This document shows positions 34,301 to 47,036 of a stretch of 64,000 nucleotides of DNA, in pieces. The stretch spans positions 97,278,001-97,342,000 of the forward strand of contig NC_045698.1 in the NCBI RefSeq assembly GCF_009834535.1, in the 5' to 3' direction. The notes below the pieces were generated by a model that was not told the DNA's origin, made no database searches, and saw only the letters and a program-made list of their open reading frames with translations. The DNA is from Camelus ferus (taxonomy: Eukaryota). A program made the translations under genes and the position numbers. Within the stretch, counting starts at the first letter, position 1, and each line of letters begins with the position of its first letter.

Positions 34301-37300
34301 ATCACAATCACCAGAACTGGAAGTAACTGAATAAATGCAGAATATGTAGTCTGAAAAAGAAAAAGTATTTGGTGTTAAGTGTTCATCAATATACAGTTTA
34401 CTGAAAATAGGATTGTTTTTCCAAAGAAAATACACATTACCAATGCATTGCACATAGCCTGAGGCTTTTCTGGGAAGGCGTACTTTCTGCTGAGAAGTAC
34501 CAGACAACTCTGTTCCATCTACTGAGAAGGCAGAAGGAGGCCCGCCCACAACCTGGATTGACACCCAGTAATCCTTCTGCAGCCTTCTTTTCTAAGAACA
34601 ATGAAGCAGACACCCGTGGGTGAGTCTGCCCAGACTGTGACTCTCACAAGATCATGTCATATTATGTAACTCTGTCACCCTGGCCATACCTGAAAGGACT
34701 GTGGGGGCATCTAGGGAACATCTAATGGTAGCAGGGATAATCACATTCTCCCTCCTAAGAATCTGGGATGGAGATTCATCACCATTCACTGCTAGGCAGT
34801 CACTTGAAGAAAGGACACATACTCGGAGGCACTGTGGACTGGCCATTTGCAAGGGGAAGTAGAACAAGCCAGGCTGCTTAGAGAAGACAAAGCAGATGCA
34901 GAGAGGCAGGAAAACTGCAGACAGTCTGGCCCCAAGAGTCGTGGAGAGCACAGCTGTGGGGGTGCCTCACAGCACTGCAGTTCCTGGTTCCTGTCTGTCA
35001 TGAGGCCCAACGTGCTTCCTGCCTTTGAGCTTCATGAGACTCCCTTGATCCCTTCCCTTAAACCCCCTTTAGTTTTGAATATTTTGAAAGGGCTTCCTAT
35101 TCTCTGCAGTTAAGAAAACCTTGGTTAAGACAGCCCCACAGGGGAACAGATATTCTGGGACAGTTATCAAAGAATGGGAAGAGGGGTACCATTCTGGTCT
35201 ATTTGGACCAATTACCCACCTCTTCTTACCATGCCTCTGCTTTCCTAAAGCACCTGTTAGCAACGTATCTCACAGTAAACTTCTAAAACCTGATAATACT
35301 CCATGACCAGCTCAGTACAAATGTTTATGGACAGCAGTTGTCCTGTCCCTTCCAGGTACCTGAGGTTTATCTTCTTCCTCTTCCTTCCGTGTCTGTGTCC
35401 TCTCATGTCGGTGCCGCCGGCGGTAATAGTGGGTGTCATCTGTCACGTTTGAAAACATATGAATATTTCCTGAAGAAAGAAGAACACTTAGTATGCGACA
35501 GGGCGAACACCCCTTCCTTGCTTTTTCCAAAGTCCTTGCTCCCAGTTAGGTTCTATATAGGTCAAGTATTCTCCCATTATACCCAATAGGAAAATAAGAC
35601 AGTAGGTACGCCAAGTGAACCAGCAGGAAGTAGAATGTACTTAGCTCTCTTGCCTTGATTTAAATAGTCTTTTGTAACTAGTGAGTGAGAGAATCTCAAA
35701 AGAGCATTTGGGTCATGAATCCTGTCTGACATGCTCATGTCTGCCTCCTTGACCAGTATTAGATTATGTCACTAATATCTTTAATGGCAACTCATAAAAT
35801 TCAGTTTACTTCCTAGGCATTTAATTTTCCCAACTTCCAACTTTCTGGGAGTACTTTTCTAACCTTTATCTTTATATGGTTGCTATTTTGATGATACAGG
35901 CATTTTGCTTCTAATTTATAAAGCACTTAAAAATATCTAATCCTCACAGCAGCCCTCTGAGGTTGGTATTATCAACCCCATTTTTCAGGTAAGGAAGTAG
36001 GATCAGAGGGACTAAGTGATTTGATCAAAATCATGCATAGCTGGAGACTGAAGACTTGCCTTAAATCTCAGCTCATCTGATTCCGAAGTCTTGCTGTTTC
36101 CACCATACCACAGTGCCTTTATTCAGATCCTCAAATAGATCCTCAAAGTATATACAACTTTTTAAATGATAATTTTGGAATACTAACCAGTAGGAAAATG
36201 TCCTCCAAAGAAGACATTGAATAGCTCTTCTGGAGTGATGTCAGCCTCGAAGTCCCTATAATAATTATAAGGTCTGGCTCGAGGAGCAGTGAAAGTCACC
36301 TGTTCATCTCCATATTCATCATAGCGGAGTCTCTTATCAGGATTGCTCAGAACTGCAAAGGCATTTCCTATCGCTGCAACAAAAACAAAAAGCAAGTGAG
36401 TACATAGTCTGCTGTAGCTGAGGGTGATCACAGTAGTAGCATGAAGAGCCCAAAGTTGACTGGTGCTAGACAAGTTCATAGTGGCCCAAGAAGAGGTGCT
36501 TTGGCCTAGAAAGTGCTTGGCCTTGAAATTTACCATGGTCTAGTCTGATAAGCCAGAAACAACTCTGGATTCAAGATGAACTAAGAACTACTGTTTTCAG
36601 TCATCAAAAATGTATTTTTATTTCACTTGAGAGCAACAATTTATGGCTGGAAACAGGTCATACATAAGTAGTGGTATTCTAACACGCAGTCACAATCTCC
36701 TGAACAAAACAGTCAGTAAAAATCCTCCTGATTGGCTAAAAGCAAAGTCCTTACTCATCAGTCTTATTTCAGCTTGCCTTAGAAAATGGTTTTTAGAAAT
36801 TAAGAGATGTATCTCTAATGTCTCAAGGAGGGGTCAAAGACTGAATAGATTACATATGCTTACCATCACTTCTCCTCCCTATGCATAAATGTGCAAACTT
36901 TGTCCAATGTTATTTAAGCATACAATCAGTACAACCAATTGAAGAAATGTTGAAAAAAATCTTTTAAGACACCGGTGCCCCACTACCTTTAATTCAGTCA
37001 ATGCTATCAGAAGCAGTCAGAAAGATCATTTTTTTATGATTGTCTAGCTAGGTATCTGGATTAAATGTTTGTAGCAATAAAACAGTTAAGCAGAAAAAAA
37101 TAAAGAGAAAAACCTAAACAGAGCTGCTTAAATATTCACATCCCTTGAAATCTGGCAGATTCTCAGAGAAATGCCATTAGTCTGTGAAATATGATACATG
37201 AAGGTCTGAAGAGAATGTGGGTTATCTATTTGTTTCCTTGTAGAAAGTGTGGGGGGAACTGGATTCACAGTGGCACATTAACAAAGGTAGAGTGTCCTCT

Positions 37301-39657
37301 GAGGTAAATGCTGACTTTAAAAAATTTCTCAGATCTATCATTTTTTACTTTTTCCTTTGAAAAATTTTAAATCTACAGAAAAGTTGAAAAAATAGTACAA
37401 TAAACACTTTTACCTATATTCATAGGGAATTGTTAGCATTTTATTTTCCTCAACTCTCTACACATACATACCTATGTATATGTTATTCTTTTTTTTTTTT
37501 GCTGAACCATTTGAAAGTAGGCTGCAGACATGACATTTTACCCCTAAATATTTCAGCATATATCTCCTAAGAAGAAAGTCATTCTAAGTCACAATACTAT
37601 TACCACAGCTAAGAAAATTAACATCAATTTATAATCACCTAGTGAATCTGTGCAAGGTTCATGCATTGCATTTGGTTTCATATCCCTTTAATTTAATTTA
37701 GAATAGACTCCCCACCTTTTTTGCTTTTTATTATTTTGAAATTTTTTGAAGAGCAGGTCAGTGTTCTTTGTAGAATGTCCCATATTTTGATTGTTTCCTT
37801 TTTATTAGTTTCAGGTCAAACATTTTGGCAAGAATACTACATGGATGCTATACCACATAATGTTAGGTTGTTCTAATATTGGTGATACTAAGTTGGATCA
37901 CTTAGTTAAAGTGGTGACAGCTAGTTATCTTTATTATAAAGGAATTTTCCCCCTTTGTAATCAGTAAGTATTCTGTGGGGTGATACTTTGACATTATGCG
38001 AATATTCTACTCAACAAACTATCACTCAAAGGTTATAGCATACACTGATAATCCCTGCTTGAATCAGTGACTTCCCTGGGGGTGAAGCTCTTAAGTAAGA
38101 TTTTTATGTGTTAAATCCAAAATATTTTTTAAGAATATATTTCTTAACATATGGAAATCAATGGAAAAAATATTTGATCTATAACTAAGGTTTTGCTCTT
38201 TAATAAATGCTTTATAAAACTCTTTCTTTTGAACATATTAATAACAGAAGTTTCATGAACAAAGAGTTCCATGGTCAAAGAAGTTTGGAAATGCAATATA
38301 GGCTCTACTTGCAAGCGGCCACCAGCCTCTAAGTTCCACAAGAGGAATCATATCTGTTTTATTCACTGTGGCACCTGGCGCATAGATCATCAGTAAATAT
38401 TTGCTGTTATCAATGAATGAATGGTTCCAGAAGGTATTATAAAGAAACCAAATATGTTTTCCAAAACAAATTAAGGTAAGTGAATGAAAACAGAAGAGAA
38501 CTATACTGATAATCACTGTTTAAGAGGTGTAGCAGGAAAACAAAACAAAACACCCTGCTTGTGGCCTTATAAAACAATTTTAGGGGAGGCTGAAAACAAC
38601 CTGCTGTGAACAAACACCACAAGAAGGGCAGAATTAAGCATCAGTTTAGGATCAGACCTTTGAAAGCATCTGTTGCTCCAGGAGCACAGTTCTTGTCAGG
38701 ATGAAATTTCAGGGCAAGTTTTCGGTAAGCTTTCTTAAGTTCTTCATCACTGGCATTTCGTGAAACTCCCAGAATTTCATAGTAATTTCTGCATTTCTTG
38801 ATTCTAAAAACACAAATCAGAAACACTTTTTGTATGTCTACAAAGGCCCCTTTTGTGCAATTAACTGCAGAAGAGTACGTCGATCCTCTCTCTAATCTCC
38901 CAAAACAAACCTAAAAGAAAACTGGTGAACACATTAATGAAACATTCAATTCATTAACAATGTCCTCCTCCCACTGAGTGAATAATTCCTTTCAAAATAT
39001 TTTTTTACATCTGATATTTTATTCTTTCTATATTCTTGTAAGTGGATAGAATAAGTATCCTAATTCTTCTACTAAGGCCCAGGCTAAGGTCCTCAGAGTT
39101 GAACCACAGGATAGTAACGCCAAAAGAAATACCCTAACCACCCCCCCCTCTTTTTTTTTCCTTTTCCTCCCTCTCTATCCTTTTTTCTTTATGGTCATCT
39201 TTTGAAACTTTGTTTTAAAAAGTTAATATATTCGCATGGTGGAAGAAAAATATCCAGTAGTACTAAACTATATACAGTGAAAAATCTTCCTGCTTCCCCA
39301 TTCCCTGTCCCCCAATTTCCTACTCCAAGGATAACCACTGTTAGAAATTTTCTGTGAATCCTATGTACAAAGAGAACACATGTATAGAGACCTCACCATT
39401 TTTTTCTTACCTAAATGGAAGCATATTACAATCATCCTTCTACATCTTGCTTTTTTTTAACTAACAATTTATCCTGGTGATTGATTCATGACTTATATGA
39501 GAAGCTTGTATATGAGAAGTATAGGGATAATAGTTTAGACCACCAGAGTGGCAGTTCTGAACTTTTTGATCTAAGTCTTTAATACTCTTTTTTTTAATTG
39601 CAGCATAGTTGATTTACAGTGTTGTGTTTGTTTCAGGTATACAGCAAAATGATTCAG

Positions 39658-39694
<37 letters not shown>

Positions 39695-42600
39695 TATACT
39701 TTTTCAGATTCTTTTCCATTATAGGTATTACAAGATATTGAATATAGTTCTCTGTGCTATACAGTAGGTCCTTGTTATTTTGTTGTTTATCTATTTTTTT
39801 ATCTAGTACTGTGCATCTGTTAATCCTAAACTCCTAATTTATCCCCCCTCCTCTTTCCTCTTTGGTAACTATAAGTTTGTTTTCTATGCCTGTGAGTCTG
39901 TTTAAGAAGGCTTTTATACTCTTAAATATTACTGAAGACCCCAGAAAGGCTTTTGTTTATGTGAGTTATAGCTATCAATATTTACTATACTAGAAATGAA
40001 AACAAAAAATTTTAAACACAGGGTGATATAATTGCATGTCATATAGCCTTTCAAAAATTCCACTGTATAACCCTGAAGGAATGAGAGTGAAAAAGGCAAA
40101 TAATGTATTTATATTATTATGAAAAGTTTTAAACTTGCACACCACCCCTGCTCTCCCAAAAGGATCTTTGGGATTTCCAAACTATACTTTGAGAATGGCT
40201 GGACTAGAGCATGAACTCTGGAGTCAAGATGCTTCGGATGGGATCTCATCTTGCTGTGCACTTACTTCTGTGCCTTAGTGTTATCTTCTGAAATAGGCTA
40301 ATAAAGCACACCTGTATTTCACAGAACTGTTATGACTAAGTGAAGTATTCATTAAAATGCTTGATAGCATCTGACATGATGTAAATATTGGCTATTATTA
40401 AAAATCTACCACATTCTTTTTAAAAAGCTGAATATTATTGAATTTTATGGATGTATGTACATTCCCTACTGATGGGCATTTAAAGTATCTGCAGCTTTTT
40501 GCTACCACACAATTGAGTTAGGCAGGGAGAGGCCCAGAGCCTGCTGAGGAGTTCACAGCAAGTCAGTAATACCGGCTGGACTATAACGTCAGTCAGGGCC
40601 ATTCCCTAAGAGCTGCCAGTGGGGATCATATGGCTCCCCACCCTAGCTTCCGATCCCTGCTTCCATGGTAGATACTCTCCTGCCTCTCTTTTTCATACAT
40701 TTATATTTGTTTACTAACAGCTTCACTGAGATAAAATTCACATATCACAAAGTTCACTTTTTTAAAATTTTAAGATGAATAAAATTGTCATTAAGGCATT
40801 TTAGCAAAACTGTCATGCAGACAAATTCTGCACTCAGAATACCTGAATTAGAATTCCAGCTCTTTCACTAACTTTAACAAAGTTCACTTTTTTCCAAATT
40901 GAGGAATAGTTGATAGTTGACTCTTTTAAAATGTGTGATTCAGTGTTATGTTTTTTTTTTGTTGTTGTATATTCACAGAGTTGTGCACCCATCACTACTA
41001 ATTCCAGAACATTTTCATCACCCCAAAAAGAAACCCCATACTCATTAGCAATCACTCCTCATCCCTCTGCTCCCCAAACCCTGGCAGTCACTAATTTTTC
41101 TGTCTCTATATATTTGCCTATTCTGGACATTTCATATAAAAAGAATTATATAATATCAGGCCTTTTGTGTTTGGTTTCTTGTACTAACACTATATTTTCA
41201 AGATTCATTCATGTTGCAGCATATATCAGTACTTCATTACTTTTTATTACCAAAAAATGTTCATTGTACAGATATTCCCCATTTTGTTTATCCAATTATC
41301 AGTTAATGGACATCTGGGTTGTTTCTATTTGGGGGCTCTTATGAAAAATGCTATATATGAACATTCATGTACAAGTTTTTGTCTGGAAGTATGTTTTTAT
41401 TTCTCTTGGTATATATCTAGGAGTGGATGGCTATGTCATATGCTATGTCTAACCTTCTGAGGAACTCCCATACTGTTTTCCAAACTGGCTGCAGCATTTT
41501 TCATCCCTACCAGCAATATAGAAGGGCAATTTCTCCATGTCCTCACCAACACTTGTTATTGTCCATCTTTTTGATTATAGACATCTTAGTGAGTACGAGG
41601 TAGTATGGTATCTCATTCTGGTTTTGATTTGCATTCCTCTAATGACTAATGATATTGAGCAAACTCTTCGTATGCTTATTGGCCATTTGTATATCTTTGA
41701 AGGAATGCCAGTTCAGATTCTTTGTCCATTTTTCAATTGGTTTACTGTCATTTTATTGTTGAGTTGTAAGAGAATTTTGTATGTTTTAGATACAAATCCC
41801 TTATCAGATACATAATTTGAAAATATTTTCTCCCATTTTGTGGATTGATTTTTCACCTTCTTTATGGTATCTTTTGAAGTGCAAAAGTTTCTAATTTTGA
41901 TGAAGTCCAATTTACCTATTTTTTCTTTTGTCATTTGTGCTTTGGGTGTCAACAAAAAATCATTACCTAATCCAACATCATGAAGAGTTACATTTATGTT
42001 TTCTTCTAAGAGTGTTACAGTTTTAGCTCTTGCATTTAGGTCTTACGTTAGGTCTTTGAATTAATTTTTGTGTTTGTGTGAGGAAGGGAACCAAGTTCAT
42101 TCTTTTGCATGGGGATATCCTGTTGTTCCAACATTTGTTAAAGACTATCCTTCCCCCATTAAATTGTCTTGGCACACTTGTCAAAAATCAATTAACCATA
42201 AACATAAGGGTTTGTTTCTGGACTCTCAATTGTATACTATTGATCTACCTGTCTATTCTATGCTAGTGCACACTATCTTTATTACTGCAGCTTTGTATTA
42301 AGTTTTGAAATCGGAATGTGTGAGTCTTCAAACTTTGTCCTTCTTTTTCAAGACCGTTTTGATAACTAAAATCAGGAGTGAAATAGGGCATAGTTATTTT
42401 AGTATTCTCCTGATTTTATTTATTTTAGTATTCTCCTTTTCTTTGCTTGGTCGGTCTAGTTAAATGTTTGTCAATTTTGTTGATATTTTCAAAAATCAGT
42501 GGGAGAGGATATAGCTCAAGTGCTAAAGCACATGCTTAGGTCCTCGGTTCAATCCCTGGTACCCCCTCTAAAAATGAATAAATAAATATACACCCCCTCC

Positions 42601-45600
42601 ACCTCCAAAAAACCTGATTTTTGGTTTTGTTGATTTTGTCTATTGTTTTTCTATCCTCTATTTCATTTATTTCCATGCCATATTATTTCNNNNNNNNNNN
42701 NNNNNNNNNNNNNNNNNNNNNNNNNNNNNNNNNNNNNNNNNNNNNNNNNNNNNNNNNNNNNNNNNNNNNNNNNNNNNNNNNNNNNNNNNNNNNNNNNNNN
42801 NNNNNNNNNNNNNNNNNNNNNNNNNNNNNNNNNNNNNNNNNNNNNNNNNNNNNNNNNNNNNNNNNNNNNNNNNNNNNNNNNNNNNNNNNNNNNNNNNNNN
42901 NNNNNNNNNNNNNNNNNNNNNNNNNNNNNNNNNNNNNNNNNNNNNNNNNNNNNNNNNNNNNNNNNNNNNNNNNNNNNNNNNNNNNNNNNNNNNNTATTAA
43001 TTTCATTGAGGGGGGAGGTAATTTGATTGATTGATTGATTGACTGAAATGGAGGTACTGGGGATTGAACCCAGGACCTCCTGCATCCTAAGCATGCACTC
43101 TAACCACTGAGCTATACCCTCCCCCTCTCCAAATTTCCTTCTGTTGTTAATTGCTAAGAACATACAATGTTTGATTATTTTATTTTATTTTATTTTATTT
43201 ATTTTTTAGTTGAAGTATAGTCAGTTTACAATGTTGTGTCAATTTCTGGTGTACAACATAATGTTTCAGTCATACATATACATACATATATTCCTTTTCA
43301 TATTCTTTTTCATTATAGGTTACTATAAGATATTGAATATAGTTCCCTGTGCTATACAGTACAAACTTGCTGTTTATCTATTTTATATATAATAGTCAGC
43401 ATCTGCAAATATCAAACTCCCAATTTATCCGTTCCCACCCCCTTTCCCCCCGGTAACATTAAATTTGTTTTCTGTGTCTGTTAGTCTGTCTCTGTTCTGT
43501 AAATAAGTTCATTTGTATCTTTGCTTTCAGATTTCACATATAAGTGATATCATATGGTATTTTTCTTTCTCTTTCTGGCTTACTTCACTAAGAATGACAA
43601 TCTTCAGGTCCATCCATGTTGCTGCAAATGGCAATATTTTATTCTTTTTTTGTGGTTGAGTAGTATTTCACTGTATAAATATACCACAACTTCTTTACCC
43701 AGTCATCTGTCAGTGGACATTTAGGCTGTTTCCATGTCTTGGTTATTGTAAATAGCGCTGCTATGAACACTGGGGTACATGTATGTTTTTGAATTAGAGT
43801 TCCCTCTGGATATATGCCCAGGAGTGGGATTGCTGGATCATATGGTAAATCTATTTTTAGTTTTTTAAAATATACTCTTTGTTTGTTTGTTTGGTTGGTT
43901 TTTTTGTGGGGGAGAAATTAGGTTTATTTATTTATTTTTTTAATATAGGTACTGGGGATTGAACCCGGACCTTGTGCATGTTAGGCATGCACTCTACCAC
44001 TAAGCTATACCTTCCCCTCTATTTTTAGTTTTTTAAGGAATCTCTATACTATTTTCCATAATGGCTGCACCAAACTACATTCCCAACAACAGTGTAGAAG
44101 GGTTTCCTTTTCTCTACACCCTCTCCAGCATTTATCGTTCGTGGACTTTTGAATGATAGCCATTATAACTGGTGTGAGGTGATACCTCACTGCAGTTTTG
44201 ACTGCATTTCTCTGATAATTAGTGATATTGAGCACTTTTTCATGTGCCTATTGGCCATTTGTATGTCTTCACTAGAGAATTGCTTGTTTAGGTCTACTGC
44301 CCATTTTTGGATTGGGCTGTTTGTTTTTTCGTTATTAAGCTGTATGAGTTATCTGTATATTCTGGAAATTANNNNNNNNNNNNNNNNNNNNNNNNNNNNN
44401 NNNNNNNNNNNNNNNNNNNNNNNNNNNNNNNNNNNNNNNNNNNNNNNNNNNNNNNNNNNNNNNNNNNNNNNNNNNNNNNNNNNNNNNNNNNNNNNNNNNN
44501 NNNNNNNNNNNNGGTAGCCTGCTCTGGGAGGACATTGCTAAGATTTATGTCAGAGAATGTTTTGCCTATGTTCTTTTCCAGGAGATTTAAGATGTCCTGT
44601 GTTATGTTTAAGTCTTTAAGCCATTTTGAGCTTATTTTTGTGTATGGTGTGAGGAAGTGTTCTAACTTCGTTGATTGACATGCTATTGTCCAGCCTTCCC
44701 AACACCACTTGCTGCAGAGACTATCTTTTTTCCATGTATACTGCTGCCTCCTTTGTCGAAGATTAATAGTGCTTGATTTTAATCCTTTCAAATTTATTGA
44801 GTCATGTTTTATGGCCTAACATATGGTTTATCTTGGAGAGAATTCCATGCATACTTGAGAAGAATGTGTGTTCTGCTGTTTTGGGTAGAATGTTGTACAG
44901 ATGTCTATTATGTCAAAATGGTTTTCCCTGTCTTTCTTACAACAGAAGCAGGGCAGTGACCTCAGATTATGCCCTAATATTCCACTTCCACCTAGCCTTG
45001 CCTCTGAGGCCAAGAAGCTATTGTGCTTCAGTAATAATAATAAAAAATAGTAATAGCGGTCAATCCTTACATAGCATATTGTCTGTGCCAGGCACTCTAC
45101 ATAAATTCTCTTATTTAATCCCACCACAGGCTCACCTTTGTACCCCAAGCAGCTGCTCTTCAGTATAAGTGGTGTTCCCTTCACCCTGCCAGGTCTGATT
45201 CCACTCATTCTCAGACTTCTTTTCCTTTTGTGCCTTCATGCAGTTACAGCAACCACAGGGGTCATGGCTTTCAGGAGGTCTGTCTTCTGGGTATTTGTTT
45301 CTTCTAACTGCATCGATGTAAGCTGCAAAGCAACAGCACAATGAGGCCTCGTGTTGACCTGCAAATCAACTTTACTACTGGCCTTAGCCAACTGGGAGGC
45401 TGCTTGTAGGCATGAGCAAGTGAGTGTGAGGGCCAGGCTACTGACGTCATCTGACTTTTAAGCATCCATACAAAGCTGAACAAACATCTTCCTTGAGAAA
45501 ACAATACAGAAAATACACAGGCAACCATGAAGAACTTATAACGCCAGAAACATGAAGCATAATAATGTCCACCATACCTACAGTGGTCAGTGAGCAAGTG

Positions 45601-47036
45601 ATCACGACAGAGCCAGTAAAGGGTTCAAGAGGTACCTGGCCAATACCTTGCCTTTACGGCAGCACAGGGGAAGCCTATTTCTTTGTGGTCCATGTTCAGA
45701 AGTGAATTGATTATAACACATTTTTTGTTGCAGTGTCTCCCACTACTAAGATTTACAGCAGAGTTGATGTCAACTTTTTAAACTCACAGTTATAGAATTA
45801 ATACCTACAAGACATCTGGCTGGACAGATCAAGCAGATTTATGGGTAAGACTTACTCCTGACCACAAAGACGTTATAGTTTAAAGGGAGAGGTTTTAACT
45901 AATCACAATGCATGCAGAATGCAGAGGGTCACAGCAATCTAGTTAAGGAAGGCACAGTACTCCTGTCCTGTCTGGAGGATCTGGGAAGAACTTTAAAAAC
46001 ATCTTTCTCCTGCGTAACATCTCTTAGGGACTACCCACTGCTTCCTGTTCAGATTTCTTATCATGGGCCCAGCCTGCGGCTCCAGCCTCATCTCTCACCA
46101 CAAGCTCCTTTGCAGTCTATGCTCTAGATCACACCAACTCCTTTCAGATCAGCAAAGCTTTCTCTTTTCTCTGTGTCTTTGCATATACTGTTCTTTCTGC
46201 CTGCAAAACCTCCTCTAAGTAGGCCTGGCTAACTCCAACGCATCCTTCATGTCACCATATGTAACACTTTCTCCACGAGGCACCCTCTGACACCCAGACT
46301 GTGTTGAGTGCCTTGTCAGTATGTTTCCCAAACATATGACCTTGCTGTGTAGCACAGGACTTATTGGCCGTTCTGTAATTGACTGCTTAGCTGCCAAACT
46401 CCTTCGGTAGACTGAGAGTTCTGTGGGATCAGAGACCCGTGTCTTCAAATCTCTGCTGCATGATCAGCATAATAAAGGGTACCCAATAGGTATTGGATCA
46501 GTACTCTTTGCCTGACTGTAGGATGGAAAAGGCCGGCCTATGCGTCCTGATGTTGGCTGCAGGGACAAGACCAAACTGAGGCCGAGGTTGAGGCGGCCCA
46601 GTTTGGAGGCGATGATAAGGACGCGGTAAACAAACTGCAGGAGACCGCACCACCATGCTAACCCTGGGGCGGGCGGGGCCTGCCCGCTGAGGGCCCTGGG
46701 CGGGGCACGGGCCGGGGCGGGGCTGGGGGCCGGAGGCAACAAGTCGTCACGGGTGACTCTGAGTACCGGGCAGGGTCCTCAGCTTGCGCCAGTACTCCTG
46801 GTTTCCGGATCCCGACCGCCTGCCCTGGGCTGTCCCCCACCTCTCCAGGAACCCTACTCAGGCCCAGCATCTTCTCATAGGCCTCCATCCTTCATCTTAG
46901 GCCCAGGATCTCAGCCCTTTCAGGAGCCGCCAGGAGCCGCATCCCAGATTTCTCTCTGACCCTGCCCTGTCCCACCCTCCGGTCAGGATCTGGTACCTTC
47001 CGTCCAACGCTCCCCGCTGCCCAGAGTCGCTGCCAT
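25234..47036 (-). CDS. DNAJC18: DnaJ (Hsp40) homolog subfamily C member 18, 358 aa expected; join(46997-47036,45136-45322,38658-38803,36188-36373,35360-35469,34241-34350,30276-30448,25234-~25358)
   Basis: J domain with HPD motif ([11 protein letters not shown]), one TM helix ([19 protein letters not shown]), DUF1977-type lumenal region, C-terminus [15 protein letters not shown] boundaries with consistent phases. Confidence 0.96.
28716..28860 (+). mobile_element. tRNA-derived camelid SINE in DNAJC18 intron 7
   Basis: gatatagctaagtggttagag...gggttcaatcccc...aaataaacctaattaccc; degenerate TSD aataatggggg-tagg / aacaatgcgg-tagg. Confidence 0.8.
30276..30448 (-). CDS. DNAJC18: DNAJC18 exon 7
   Basis: CAG...GTAAG boundaries; [21 protein letters not shown]...CWKEKQQ. 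Confidence 0.94.
30710..31370 (-). mobile_element. L1 3' end fragment
   Basis: T-rich tail followed by L1 3' UTR/ORF2-end text (cttatttcacttaggataatg, catccattcatccactgatggacac). Confidence 0.75.
32042..33252. mobile_element. Rearranged (5'-inverted, multi-segment) L1 insertion with 18-bp TSD
   Basis: TSD AAGAAATAGAGG(G/T)AATCA at 32024-32041 and 33253-33270. Minus-strand ORF2 pieces are followed by a plus-strand 3' UTR and poly(A). Confidence 0.75.
33485..33663. mobile_element. MER5A-like hAT MITE
   Basis: cagggattctcaaacc...ctggagggcttgttaa...ctgcatttctaa...ctagggaccaaactttgagaact. Confidence 0.75.
34241..34350 (-). CDS. DNAJC18: DNAJC18 exon 6 (transmembrane)
   Basis: CAG...GTAAGT boundaries; [36 protein letters not shown]. 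Confidence 0.94.
35360..35469 (-). CDS. DNAJC18: DNAJC18 exon 5
   Basis: CAG...GTACC boundaries; [36 protein letters not shown]. Confidence 0.94.
35930..36120 (+). mobile_element. MIR SINE remnant
   Basis: atcctcacagcagccctctgaggttggtattatcaaccccattttcaggtaaggaag. Confidence 0.65.
36188..36373 (-). CDS. DNAJC18: DNAJC18 exon 4
   Basis: CAG...GTTAG boundaries; [21 protein letters not shown]...FFGGHFPT. Confidence 0.95.
37330..38100 (-). mobile_element. Old L1 (L1MC/L1ME-type) 3' region
   Basis: aattttaaatctacagaaaagttgaaaaaatagtacaataaacac...ttgctgaaccatttgaaagtaggctgcagacatga. Confidence 0.65.
38658..38803 (-). CDS. DNAJC18: DNAJC18 exon 3 (J domain, HPD)
   Basis: TAG...GTCTGA boundaries; [48 protein letters not shown]. 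Confidence 0.96.
39661..39692 (+). repeat. (CA)16 microsatellite within an L1 3' tail (about 39590-39905) that is inserted in a Charlie-like hAT fragment
   Basis: Perfect CA run read directly. Flanking family names are recalled. Confidence 0.9.
42501..42612 (+). mobile_element. tRNA-derived camelid SINE with internal deletion
   Basis: gatatagctcaagtgctaaagcacatgcttaggtcctcggttcaatccc. Confidence 0.75.
43008..43125 (-). mobile_element. tRNA-derived camelid SINE
   Basis: Reverse complement of GGGGAGGGTATAGCTCAGTGGTTAGAGTGCATGC...GGGTTCAATCCCCAGTACC. Confidence 0.85.
43174..44765 (-). mobile_element. Younger, 5'-truncated L1 nested in the L1MB element
   Basis: (TTTTA)n tail then ttgaagtatagtcagtttacaatg. 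The host L1MB register resumes after 44765, with a degenerate TSD tgtttgatt / tgcttgatt. Confidence 0.75.
43869..44017 (-). mobile_element. tRNA-derived camelid SINE nested in L1, perfect 17-bp TSD
   Basis: TCTATTTTTAGTTTTTT at 43850-43866 and 44018-44034; TT/AAAA endonuclease site. Confidence 0.9.
45136..45322 (-). CDS. DNAJC18: DNAJC18 exon 2
   Basis: CAG...GTGAG boundaries; [27 protein letters not shown]...LLGVQ. Confidence 0.95.
45940..46460 (+). mobile_element. L2 LINE remnant
   Basis: tctttgcatatactgttctttctgcctgc...gactgagagttctgtgggatcagagacccgtgtc pattern. Confidence 0.55.

Larger units (their letters stand above)
40715..44930 (-). mobile_element. Old L1MB-type element (3' UTR and ORF2 remnants) containing nested SINEs and a younger L1
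   Basis: Continuous antisense L1 text (cccatcactactaattccagaacattttcatcacccc ... gagaagaatgtgtgttctgctgttttggg). Confidence 0.8.

Noticed and set aside
40910-42301. Several 60-144 aa ORFs as novel genes
   Set aside because: They are fragments or antisense frames of degenerate L1 ORF2 and 3' UTR.
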